NCBI RefSeq assembly: GCF_011745625.1
Contig: NW_027191459.1
Span: forward strand, 1-64,000
Source of the DNA: Cladosporium halotolerans
Taxonomy: Eukaryota
Reading direction: 5' to 3'
DNA: 64,000 nt
Shown: in pieces, positions 1-10,215 of the stretch
Position numbering within the stretch: position 1 is the stretch's first letter
How the letters are laid out: every line of letters starts with the position of its first letter
Program-made: the position numbers and the translations under genes
Notes under the pieces: generated by a model
Databases searched by the model: none
What the model was told of the DNA's origin: nothing
The model's input: only the letters and a program-made list of their open reading frames with translations

Positions 1-792
1 CATTCCTCCTGTCGAGATATGCGACGATAGAGCCATGTGTTGACAAACGCGTCGCGTGAGCACGCGGTGGGTCTGTGCACACGGTGGGGAAGACTTCTAT
101 GCTGATCGCGAGATGGCTTCAAATTTCAGGCGAAATGCATGGCTCCGTTCATATGAGGAAGGTTGCCTGTCACATCCGTAATTCGAAAAAAATGTGACAC
201 GTTTGGATTGCAGGTGTACGTGTCACAAAGTGAACGGCTTCATTGGAACAGCTCCCGGTCACTCGGGATTATTTTGTACCTTGGTTCTCATCACGTGTTC
301 GCGAACGGCGGCGCAGGCCAATGACGCGCGGAGAGATCCCGCGGGCAGGGCTCCCCGAAACAGAAGCTACGCAGCGGCTTCAGCCAGCACCAGCGACTTC
401 CTCGAACCGCACCCGACCACCAGCGCAATAACAACACCACCGCACCGCACGCCGCTTCTTCGCCTCGACCAGACCGAACCCGCGACACCTCCACGCCCTC
501 TCACGCATTCCCTCATCCTCTCTCGTGCATCCCTCACAGCATCCAACATCATCACTGCCTGCACAAATTCAATATCCATTCGCACTCAGCATACCCCTCC
601 GTCGCTTAATACACCAACCACCCACCTTCGTCTTATTTGACACACATTGCCAGCAACACAAAACTGTGAACGCGCGCGACTGTATCTTCCGAAAAAACTC
701 ACTCATCTTCCATCACTTGCGCACACCCTGCTCGCCTCCAGAATCAACAGACACCCTTTGACTGGTCGGCTTCTCCACGGAGACGTCCCGCC

Positions 793-3264
793 ATGTCAGT
801 CCGCCACTACACCATTGAGCAGCTGCTCAAGCTGCGGGAGTCACCGCTAGTGAAGAAACCGGAGGACCTGCCAGCTATTGAGCAGTGGATAGAGTATCTC
901 TACCTCGACAAAGACTCAAGGGAGAAGCTAAGGATCCCTCACAGTGAGTCGGCCGTGCAGCAGCAGGCGCACCCGCAACAGTCGCAACACCAGAAAGATG
1001 GCAACAGCAAGGATGCTCGGTCTCGAGTCGCGAGGCCGAGTAACAATGGCGACGCTTCGCCTATGGGCAACTTCAGTACTGGCCAAAGGCCGAGTCTCAT
1101 GCAGACGCGGAGTCACGCTTCCAAGAACGGTGGTGAGTTCAAGGCAGAAGCTTGTCGCACGAACCATTCGCTGACCTTTGTTGCAGACGACGTTGTACTT
1201 GGCCCACCCAAGACTGCGTTCTCATCGAGCAGCCGATTCGCGCGTGCGAACCAGACCGGAGAGAACAACGCTGGCGGCGAGGAGACTGAGGGAGCGCGTT
1301 CGCGCACATTCGGCGAGCGTCAGCAGAACCGCAACAACAAGAGCATTGGTGAGAAAGACGGAGGCCGCGACTGGACAGCTTTGCGCCAGCCCAAGGCTCA
1401 TGGTGAATCCGAAGATACAAGAGATACCTCTGATCGCCTCGGCAAGTACGGAAGGCGTGATCGTGACCGCGATCATGATGGCGAGCGCCGCAATGGCGAC
1501 AAGCAGGACAACCGCTGGGGCCAGAGGGATGATAGGCGTCAGAATGGCGAGCGTCAAGGAGGATGGCGCGATCGCGAGAACAACCGCCAGAACCGAGGTT
1601 GGGATCGAAGTGATCAGGCTGAGAAGGAGCCGGAATGGTTTGATGAGCCTATGAAGAAGCAAGAAGAGGATCTTGGAGTCGGCACGGCTCATACCCAGGC
1701 TGATTTCCAGAAGTGGAAGGAAATGATGAAGGGTAACAAGGCGCCAGCAGAGGAAACTGCGCCGGCTCCACCGCCCCCCACTCAGAAGACTCCCGCTAAA
1801 CAGACTGCTGTGAAGCTCGACAGCTTCTCGGAACCGATGTTTGGTGGTTTCGGTGTCAAGCCCATGGACTCTCCATCAGACTCTGCGAAAGCAGCGCCAT
1901 CAAAGGCAAAATCCAGCCGTTTCGCCTCTGTATTCAAGAAGGATGAGCTACCCCAGGTTGCTCCTCAGGAAGCTCCTGTGCAGCAGCAGCCTATGCCAGA
2001 GCCAGGACAAGGCCTTAACGAGGATAAAGCCGGCTTTCAGCGCATTCTTCAAATGCTCGGTGGAGCGAACATCGGCCAGCCACAAGCTCCTGCTATGCCT
2101 GCTGGTCCTAGTGAACCGGCCTCACCGCAAATTCGTGGCCCGGCAGGCGGTGCTAAGCAGAAGAGCCGCTTCTTCGACTCCGCCCCAAAGAGTCCCGGAG
2201 AGGTGCACTCGCCCCAATCGCGTTTCCAGTCGCCGCGAGTTCAGGCTAATAGTCTCCCTCCTGCGAGTCGTGGCATGGTCGACGACCCGGCCGGGTTCTT
2301 TGGTCTCCCTGCGCCACAAAAGTCGCAACAGGACTCGCCTGCACTGCCATTCCCGCCAAGCAATGTCGTATCCCCCGAGCCTTCCCAAATCTCGAACGGT
2401 AACCGCGAATCGTACCCTTCGCAGCAGCGCCCCCATGAGGCGGGTGCGAGCGGCCCGCCGTCTCGTGGGTCTGCCACTCCGGATGTTGGAATCCAAAACT
2501 TACTGGCTGCTCAACGGGCCCAGCGACCGCAGGCCTCGAACAAGGACAGCGAGTTTCTTCTTGGTCTTCTGCAAGGTCAAGGTCCACGACCTGCTTCTCA
2601 ACAGCCTCGTCCTCAGCAAGACTTCAACCTCTGGGTCGGCCAGCCGCCTGAGCCTCATGCCCCCAAGCCGCGCGCTCCTCCCCCTCCCGGTCTGATCGAT
2701 GATCAGCTGCTGCGTAACGCGCCTCCGGAGATGTCGAGGCCTGATCAGCCGCCTATGGCTGGCCCAGATGTTGCTCGCCGTTCATCTCAGCGAGCACCAG
2801 CCGCTGCTCCTCCTGGGTTTGATGAGCACATGTTCATGCAACAACAGATGCAGCAGCGAAGAAACTTTGCCGAAATGCCTCAACAACCTCAGCAACAGCC
2901 ACCGCCGCCTAACCGTCGCATGGGTGGACACCCTAGCCTTTCAGGAATGATGCCTCAGCAGCAGCCCCAGTTCCCTCCCGACTTCCCTTTTATGCAATCA
3001 CCTCCAATTCCTCATCAAGGCCCACCTCAAGGGCCGCCTGGCTTCGCACCTAACATGCGCCATCCCCAAGGATTTGCCAACGGTCCGAATATTTTCCAGG
3101 CTCAACAGCAGCGTGAGCCTCCGGGCTTTGGAGGTATGATGCAGAACCCGATGTCGCCGCCCGCACCTCCTCCCGGATTCGGACCTCCACCGCCTGGCAT
3201 GCCACCAGGATTAATGGGCATGCGTTCCCCTCCTTTTGAGGGAATGCCCGGCCAGAGGCGTTAG
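793..3264 (+). CDS. eIF4E-binding protein (Eap1/4E-T-like), largely disordered and P/Q-rich
   Basis: The N-terminus HYTIEQLLKLRESPL matches the canonical YxxxxL-phi eIF4E-binding motif. It is followed by an RD/RG-rich region, an EKEPEWFD motif and a P/Q-rich tail. Two probable introns, 894-944 (GTATCT..GCTAAG..ACAG) and 1133-1186 (GTGAGT..GCTGAC..GCAG), are both in frame. Confidence 0.7.
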   Translation: MSVRHYTIEQLLKLRESPLVKKPEDLPAIEQWIEYLYLDKDSREKLRIPHSESAVQQQAHPQQSQHQKDGNSKDARSRVARPSNNGDASPMGNFSTGQRPSLMQTRSHASKNGGEFKAEACRTNHSLTFVADDVVLGPPKTAFSSSSRFARANQTGENNAGGEETEGARSRTFGERQQNRNNKSIGEKDGGRDWTALRQPKAHGESEDTRDTSDRLGKYGRRDRDRDHDGERRNGDKQDNRWGQRDDRRQNGERQGGWRDRENNRQNRGWDRSDQAEKEPEWFDEPMKKQEEDLGVGTAHTQADFQKWKEMMKGNKAPAEETAPAPPPPTQKTPAKQTAVKLDSFSEPMFGGFGVKPMDSPSDSAKAAPSKAKSSRFASVFKKDELPQVAPQEAPVQQQPMPEPGQGLNEDKAGFQRILQMLGGANIGQPQAPAMPAGPSEPASPQIRGPAGGAKQKSRFFDSAPKSPGEVHSPQSRFQSPRVQANSLPPASRGMVDDPAGFFGLPAPQKSQQDSPALPFPPSNVVSPEPSQISNGNRESYPSQQRPHEAGASGPPSRGSATPDVGIQNLLAAQRAQRPQASNKDSEFLLGLLQGQGPRPASQQPRPQQDFNLWVGQPPEPHAPKPRAPPPPGLIDDQLLRNAPPEMSRPDQPPMAGPDVARRSSQRAPAAAPPGFDEHMFMQQQMQQRRNFAEMPQQPQQQPPPPNRRMGGHPSLSGMMPQQQPQFPPDFPFMQSPPIPHQGPPQGPPGFAPNMRHPQGFANGPNIFQAQQQREPPGFGGMMQNPMSPPAPPPGFGPPPPGMPPGLMGMRSPPFEGMPGQRR

Positions 3265-3420
3265 GAGAGCCCCGTGCATGACACACAGACGTCTCCACAA
3301 GATCAAAACCCGGTGCTTTCTCGAGAAACTATACTGGAACCGTATGTACCACTCGCGTTTGAAAGGCTTTTCAGCCCATTAGAAGGCGTCATTGCAGCTG
3401 CAAGTAGGAATGTAGTGGTC

Positions 3421-4815
3421 ATGATGGCCAGCTCAGATAGAATCGAGCGGATGAGGGATTTGAGACTGGACTCTGCCCTGCCGGTGGATGGCACCGGCGA
3501 GACTGATCAAGACAAGCGTCGAGAATCGACTCTGAGCCCACAGGCCTCCGAGATCCAGCCTGGTGCAGCCCTTCACTTAAGCGAAAGCGAAAACGATTAC
3601 ATACCTCCCATCCGTTCCAACGTCCAATTTGCTCCTCGTCTGCCGAGCGTCGATGAGACTTCTGTTCCACCAACAACGACTTTTGTACCCACACCATACT
3701 ATCAGCCGCTGCCGTCGCTCTCTACAGCGACCCCTTTCGTTCAAGACAATGATGAGGCCCAGGTCTCGCCGACGACTGTCTTTGATCCTTCTCATGAATC
3801 TTACCCGGCTTTACCGCAATGGACCGCTGTGAACAGTGTGCCGAGTACTCATGAGACCCCCGACTCGTTTATACAATACCCTCACCCGTCACCGCTTTGG
3901 ACAGCTGTGAACAATGTAACTGGCGCAACTGGGACATCCGGCTCGCCAACAGTGGCACTTCCTCGAGCTTCACCCCAGTCTCCTACAACAGGTTTTTCCT
4001 CAAGACAGTCTTCGCTGCAGCTATCACAATTCGTACCTCCCAACGAACCCGTCATAGCACCTCTACAAAGCGAGAGCCCAGCAAACAGCGCCTACAGCCC
4101 GCTACCTACTCCCGCCCTCCGCCGCTCCCCTCACCACGCACACTTCATCATCGGCGCGAGCGACTCCTCGTCGTCCATAGCATCATCGAGCGCCCCAAGC
4201 CCCAGCACACAAGCGCAACGCCGCCGCCGGCTCAGCGGCCTCACGAACCGCGACATTCAAGCCCAGATGGAGCTCATCCGCCGTCAGGCTCTGCAACTGG
4301 GCGAGATCTTCCTGCCGACCGGCTACAGCACTCCCGCGCCTTACATGAACGGCCCCATTGAGCCAGCCGATCCCGGAAGAACGCCCACGCCCGTCATCGC
4401 TAACGGCAGGACGGCCGCGCAGCGCGACCGCTCCCCGCTCCGTCCGGTCCGCTGGATGCCCGCGCCAGGCGGCAACCCGGCTGGTTTCACGATTCCTCCT
4501 ACGCCCTCGGAACTCCGCACGCCGAGCCCGGAGCGTACATTGACCCTGACGCCTCTCCCCGTCCTTTTCAGAGGCGTCGTCGCGCCGCCGCAGGATGCTC
4601 CGCCGCGGACTGCGGAGCGGGAGAGGAGGTACGACGAACATCGGAGGCCGGAGCAGTTCAACTACGATGTAGAGGCGGGCAGTGATCATGCAATTGCTTT
4701 TTCGCCTGAGAGGAGCGCGCTGAGTGAAATTGACCTAGGTGGTGATAGCGATGCGGACGATGAGCGGAGCGAGGAGGATTGGATTTCAAGGCTGGAGAGG
4801 AGAGCGACGAGGTGA
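3421..4815 (+). CDS. Hypothetical Ser/Pro/Thr-rich disordered protein (about 464 aa from the first ATG)
   Basis: The reading frame is open from 3265 to 4815, with the first ATG at 3421 (MMASSDRIERM). It is in the same frame as the upstream gene and has an acidic C-terminus. No recognisable domain. Confidence 0.55.
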   Translation: MMASSDRIERMRDLRLDSALPVDGTGETDQDKRRESTLSPQASEIQPGAALHLSESENDYIPPIRSNVQFAPRLPSVDETSVPPTTTFVPTPYYQPLPSLSTATPFVQDNDEAQVSPTTVFDPSHESYPALPQWTAVNSVPSTHETPDSFIQYPHPSPLWTAVNNVTGATGTSGSPTVALPRASPQSPTTGFSSRQSSLQLSQFVPPNEPVIAPLQSESPANSAYSPLPTPALRRSPHHAHFIIGASDSSSSIASSSAPSPSTQAQRRRRLSGLTNRDIQAQMELIRRQALQLGEIFLPTGYSTPAPYMNGPIEPADPGRTPTPVIANGRTAAQRDRSPLRPVRWMPAPGGNPAGFTIPPTPSELRTPSPERTLTLTPLPVLFRGVVAPPQDAPPRTAERERRYDEHRRPEQFNYDVEAGSDHAIAFSPERSALSEIDLGGDSDADDERSEEDWISRLERRATR

Positions 4816-5155
4816 GATGGCCGTGTTGGTCGCTCGCTGCTATTGTACGGCTCACTGTATATCAGCTCTTGGGGGCTTCCGGTGATGGGGTAATTGATAA
4901 TTCCAATACAGCAAATAAACATACTCGCTACTGTGAATCGTGTTCTCGAAATCGGGGTACTCGCCGCCTCACAATGCCGAACTCCAGCACTGACAAAACC
5001 ACTTCTACCTCGTAAATGCGTCTTCGTCAGCTCTCACTCAAAAGAATCCGCCTCTAGCAAACAACAGAAACGCCAAACCTTCAATGACATTCCCGATCGT
5101 CACCCACCCAACCCTCAGCTCAAGACCTCACTCAACATCCCACTCAAATCACCTA

Positions 5156-5970
5156 TCAAACCAGACTCTGTCCTTCATGCCCCTCCTCCCCACTCCTCCT
5201 CTCACTCCCCAGCGTCTCCGCGCTCTGCCTCGGCGTATTAAACCCACTCGTCTGAAACTCGCTCGACTCCCTCGCCACGCGGTGGTCCTCATCGTACGGT
5301 CTCGCAAACGGCGCGTAAACCTCTTTCGCGCTGCGCGAATGCCCCGGCCCGCCGTCCGCGATGTGCTCGTTCGGCAGCGCCACGCGCCGCTGCCAGCGCG
5401 GGAGCGCGGAGGGCAGGCTGTGGTTGCAGTTGGGGCAGGAGCGGGGCGCGAAGAGGGCCGGGAGGGCGAGGAGAGTGAGGTAGGTGTGGATGCAGCTGGT
5501 GGGTTGGGGTTAGGGTTTGGTTTGGTTGGTGGGGAGGAAGGGGGGAGACGGACAAGTTGATCATCATGGGGAAGGTGGCGTAAGTTCCGAGCATGACTTC
5601 GTTGGATGACCAGTAGTGGGTGGTTGCGAGGTGGATCCAGCTGGGTTGTGGAGGGTCAGTGATTCGGGCTTGATTGACTGCGGGCCGGGGGGGTTTATTA
5701 CCTGAGTATCAGCACGAGGATCAGGGACGAGGCTACGATGAAGTCCGCGTGAGGCCCTTTGGGGAAGCGTTTGCCCTTGCCTGCGAGGACTACTAGGCCG
5801 AGGAAGCAGGATGCAGCCATTGGGATGAGGCCGAGGGCTGGGAGGGGTTTGGCGGACACTACGCCGGCGGGGATGGCGAGTGCCATGGCGGGGATGAAAG
5901 TGAGGACGGTGATGGTGCGCAGCTGGCGGTTTGGGGCGCGAGGTGCATCGGGGATGGTGTTGGACGCCAT
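5156..5970 (-). CDS. Small multi-pass membrane protein of unknown function
   Basis: ATG at 5970 is followed by several hydrophobic helices. Removing introns 5641-5701 and 5496-5553 joins the frames into ...SWIHLATTHYWSSNEVMLGTYATFPMMINFCIHTYL...CPNCNH..., with the stop at 5156. Confidence 0.7.
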
Positions 5971-6687
5971 TTTGACAGGATGTGTTTGTTAGTGCTGAGG
6001 CTCCGTAGGCAATCAATGGTGATGGCGTTGTGATTCAAAGGTTGGTTTCAATGCTTCTTAACCAACGAAGGTCACTTTTTGTATTGGGAGATATATAGTC
6101 AGCACCTATGCTTGCAGCCTGGAGAGTTGCGGCCATTCTCGCGCGTCAGTGGAGAATGTCGATCGAACGGAGTGCGGTTGGTTTGAGCTAGAGATCCTTC
6201 GCGACAGGCGTCAAGATTTGCGCTGGCGTGATTGGCCAGAGCATCGTGTTTCCAACGCTCGCTACGCTATTTTCGAGCTGATATGTACTGAAGTGGACCC
6301 GGGAAGTGCCAGGGAGAGGCGCAGGAGTGTCTCGGTTTGAAAATTGGACTGCCTCCAAGCCATCAAACCAATGGGAGTACAAGCTTCGTTGGCCGCGCTC
6401 CAGAGAATGGGCTCCTCAGCTGAGGCAGAAGAGGCCGGTGCTTGCAACATGGACAGTTTGTTTTCTGGGGGTATCTACATCTTACACGGATCTCGTTGCC
6501 TTTTCACAACCGTGGGCCGAAGGCGCTCCTCTCCTTGTGCGCGGAAACCTTCACTTCATCCCGCGTTTGCCCTCCCTCGATCGCCATTGCTCACTCAAGG
6601 TATCTCGTTAAAACAAACTGAAAAAGCCGAACCAAAAGAAAACGTCACAAATAGTACAATGCGAAAGCATGCAGGAGCTCCCTTCAT

Positions 6688-8739
6688 CTACTCGTCATCG
6701 ACGAGGATGGCACCTTCATCTGCGGTGACACGTGCCTCCACGGCCGGCGCCTCGGGCTTGGCTCGCTTTTGTGTACTCTCGATGCCCTCTTCCAGGTCAC
6801 GTTTGCGCTTTTCGCCGGCGACATCGCTAGGCTGGGCGCTGTCGATTTGGACGTGGTTGCCATTGGGCTCGGTGCGCTTCGCTTGGCTGATTGGAGCGAC
6901 TTCTTCGATGGGCTCATCGTCATCGTTGATGGCACCGTTGGTGTCGTCACTTGTAGGTTCAGGCGCAGGCTTCGGCGGGAGGTGAAGCTCCGCGGGCTCT
7001 ATTTGCGGGATGCCGTGCTGTTCGGTGTGCGGCGAAGTGCTCAGAACGAGATCGACACGGGGAGTATCGCTGTCGTCCATGATGGTGATGAAGTCGTTGC
7101 TGGAGAGGTTAACACCAAGCTCGGAGAGCGGGCGTTCCAGGTTCTCCTCAAGGTCCACGTCGTAGATCACGTTGTCTTGTACAGAGATCGATAGCTCATC
7201 ACGCTGGTAACCTTTGCTTTCAAGTTCACTGACGAGCTGCGAGATTGTCGGGTTGGACTCCTTCGGGATGAGTAGGCGAGCGTAAGTCGGTGAACAGACA
7301 GGGCAGCGTGGATTCGGTTGGCCAAGGCTTTGAGTGGCTATGACTCGTTCTGTACTCCTAGAGTTAAGGAATACCATCTTTGAGCCGCCTAGAGGCGGGT
7401 CGTCTTTACCCGTCAGAGTCGTGGTGGGGAGGCTGTTATTTGCAGTAGGCTTGGCCATGGCTTCATTCTTGCCGGCTTGACTCTTCAGCACCTTGTAGGA
7501 CTGCATGACGGACAAACTGGCAGTCATGGCGTTTGACGTCGCAATGGCTGGTATGATGTTGCCCGCCATTTGTTTGATTTCCCACTCGCTGTTCGCAGGG
7601 ATACCGAAGATGTGTGAGCGCAAATTGGCGGCTGCGGAAACGAAATCCAGAGTGTCCTTGTCGTCCTTGTCGAAGCTCATAGTGTGCTCGCCCGCTTGGG
7701 CACGATTGCAGAGTGCATCCAGGCTGTAGCAGAACACGGCCAGATTCTCTTCAACAGTCCAGACGCGCTGATCCTGCACTGAAAGCGCTTGTCCTGTCTT
7801 CACCAGATCCGTATCCGCTTTCAATGCGTCGAATGTGAGTGGTTCAGGAGGTGTCCGGTTCTGCCACATCTCACTCATGGACCGCAAGCGTTCGACATCA
7901 TCGTGGAAGACCTTGTTGAATACCGCTCGCGCAAATTCGCTCGTTCCCATCAAACTGCGAATCTTTTTCAATGCTTGCGCTTCCTCCCTCAATTTGACCA
8001 CCTCTTCAGCATTGTCGGCGTCCGTCACCGCAACGTCCGTCGAGTCCTCCTCGCTGGTACCAAAGAGCTCCGGAAAGAGATAAGACTTTGCCCAGACAAT
8101 GCAGTGTATGGGTTGCGAAGGAGTCGATCTAATGGTGCAAATTGGGAAGCTTTTCTGTACAGGCTTGGGGTTGCAATCATAGCACTCGGTGTTGCCCTTC
8201 TGAATGGCCTGGACCTGCCCGTTGAATCCAGTCGTACCGCTTTCGATGAGCGGCACGCTCGCCGCGAGGCACATGCGGTTTACATGACGCCGAGCCTTAA
8301 GGTTGTCGAGGGCGTTGAAGACAATATCAAAACCAGCGAAGAAGTCGACATCGTATTGCGAGTCAAAGATGTCGCCGTGGTGTGCATCGATATTCACTGT
8401 TGGGTTGAACTGGCTAGCGGTCTCCTTTGCGACGATGGCTTTCGGCTTCTTGATATGCTGCTTTCGGAATAGGAATTGGCGATTGAGGTTGCTGAGATCG
8501 ATGGTGTCCAAATCAATGAGCACGATGCCGGGCGTGCGCGCGAGGAGTGTCGGCACAGGCGCCTCTTCTTGTGCGTCGCTCGATTGTGTGTATCCCGAAC
8601 CAAAGCCAGAGCAAACAAGGTTCTTCAGCAGCTCGCAGCCAATTCCACCAGCACCAACGACCAGGACTCTGCTGTCCTTGACGCGCTTTGCGAGTGGCAG
8701 GCCAAGCGCCTGAACCAATCCACGATCCCTCCTCTGCAT
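6688..8739 (-). CDS. UBA2: SUMO-activating enzyme E1 subunit 2 (Uba2/SAE2)
   Basis: ThiF adenylation motifs VLVVGAGGIGCELLKNL and DTIDLSNLNRQFLF, the CYDC and CPVC zinc ligands, catalytic Cys in FPICTIRSTPSQPIHCIVWAK, and AGNIIPAIATSNA. Intronless, with the likely start at ATG 8739. Confidence 0.95.
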   Translation of the reverse strand: MQRRDRGLVQALGLPLAKRVKDSRVLVVGAGGIGCELLKNLVCSGFGSGYTQSSDAQEEAPVPTLLARTPGIVLIDLDTIDLSNLNRQFLFRKQHIKKPKAIVAKETASQFNPTVNIDAHHGDIFDSQYDVDFFAGFDIVFNALDNLKARRHVNRMCLAASVPLIESGTTGFNGQVQAIQKGNTECYDCNPKPVQKSFPICTIRSTPSQPIHCIVWAKSYLFPELFGTSEEDSTDVAVTDADNAEEVVKLREEAQALKKIRSLMGTSEFARAVFNKVFHDDVERLRSMSEMWQNRTPPEPLTFDALKADTDLVKTGQALSVQDQRVWTVEENLAVFCYSLDALCNRAQAGEHTMSFDKDDKDTLDFVSAAANLRSHIFGIPANSEWEIKQMAGNIIPAIATSNAMTASLSVMQSYKVLKSQAGKNEAMAKPTANNSLPTTTLTGKDDPPLGGSKMVFLNSRSTERVIATQSLGQPNPRCPVCSPTYARLLIPKESNPTISQLVSELESKGYQRDELSISVQDNVIYDVDLEENLERPLSELGVNLSSNDFITIMDDSDTPRVDLVLSTSPHTEQHGIPQIEPAELHLPPKPAPEPTSDDTNGAINDDDEPIEEVAPISQAKRTEPNGNHVQIDSAQPSDVAGEKRKRDLEEGIESTQKRAKPEAPAVEARVTADEGAILVDDE

Positions 8740-10215
8740 TTTGAATTGTGTCCGGTTTGGTGTTGGTTGTGGTGTCTGCTTGCAAGCGTTTGCGCGCAAA
8801 CGAGACTATGCCTGCGTTCGAGCACGTGCGAAAGTCGGAGTCGTAAAGCGGCGAGTTCGAGTTGCGCACGTGACCATACGCAGTGAGGCGACCAGAGTCC
8901 TCACTCGAAGAGGGGGTGTATTCGAAGAATGAGGAGGTGATCCAGCGCACGCCCGAGCCTTGGGAGCCCGAAGTCGGGTGTTTGGAGGTCGCAGGCGCAG
9001 CACGAGATGTGTCGCGGCACAGTCGATGGTCGGGGTGAAGGTTTGCGCGCGGCCAGCGAGTGTCAGAGATGTGAAAGAGAGGCGGTGATCTTCAAGGGCG
9101 ATAGTTCGGGCGGGTGCGCGTGGGAGGCTTGAGGCTCTTTCGTCGGGGCCCGGTCAACGCGCGTGCATTGGCTCGACAGCCCGCCAAACGCCCTCAAGCT
9201 CTCGCGCCACGCCGACGTCCCGAAAGGCTGTCCGAGCTCTTGGCTTACAACGTCATTTCCGCATCGGGCTAATGCTTATTCGTCACTTCACTTCCAATTC
9301 CTCGAGACGATGCGCAACTCTACGCCGACTCGTTTCGCGCGTAATTTTGCATATTCTCGATGCACGTGAAAGCGAACCGTCAAGCAAATATGATTATCCG
9401 TGGTGGGCCACGATCGGACAGGCTCCAGTGTCGCGGCAGTCTGTCACTCGTCGAAGCTGGACCATCTTCGAGAAATCAACGCGATGCGTTACAACCCATG
9501 GTAGAGTATCAATTTCCAAGTTTCATATAATTTTTCAAGGCCGCCTACACCCTCTCGTTCGAGAGGTTTCCTACTCGGATTACGCAACATGTGACTGCTT
9601 ACCACGTACTGTCCTCCAAAGCTCCCACTTGCACATGCAGTGTCAGATGCTTGACTTCCGTGAAAGGTCCCTACGAGAAGTTTGCTGAGAACAGCGCATC
9701 CGACGATATTGATACACCTCGTGGCAAAGACCGTGTCAAACCACCTTGTTATCGGGCGCCACCCCACGGTCTCTACACAAGGGAAGGTGGTGGAATTGCA
9801 GCATTGTAACGAGGCCGAGCTTCAGAACAATTGCTTGGTTAATGCCGTCCCCATGCCTCCCCTAACTACATAGCCTGAGAATGCACTTCTCATCTTCATG
9901 GCATCTCGGGTGCTGACGGGTCAATGACTGCCCTTGACTGATCTCATGGCGCAATCACGCTGGCAGACGGAGTCAGTCAATGGGCTATACCGGGCCGCGC
10001 ATCAAACTGTTACTACGTGTATCATATTTAAGCGTTTCCCCTGCTCCTTTCATGCAGTCAGCGACAACTTATTGACCATTTGCTCGGGCATTCAACAACG
10101 CAGGGAACATTATCGCCAAGCTTCACGCCGCCTGGGACTGTGGAAGTGTGCACATTAATTAAAGTATTTCAAGCAATACTCCAGGTGGACTCTACTCAGA
10201 TTTGGCTGCCATTTG

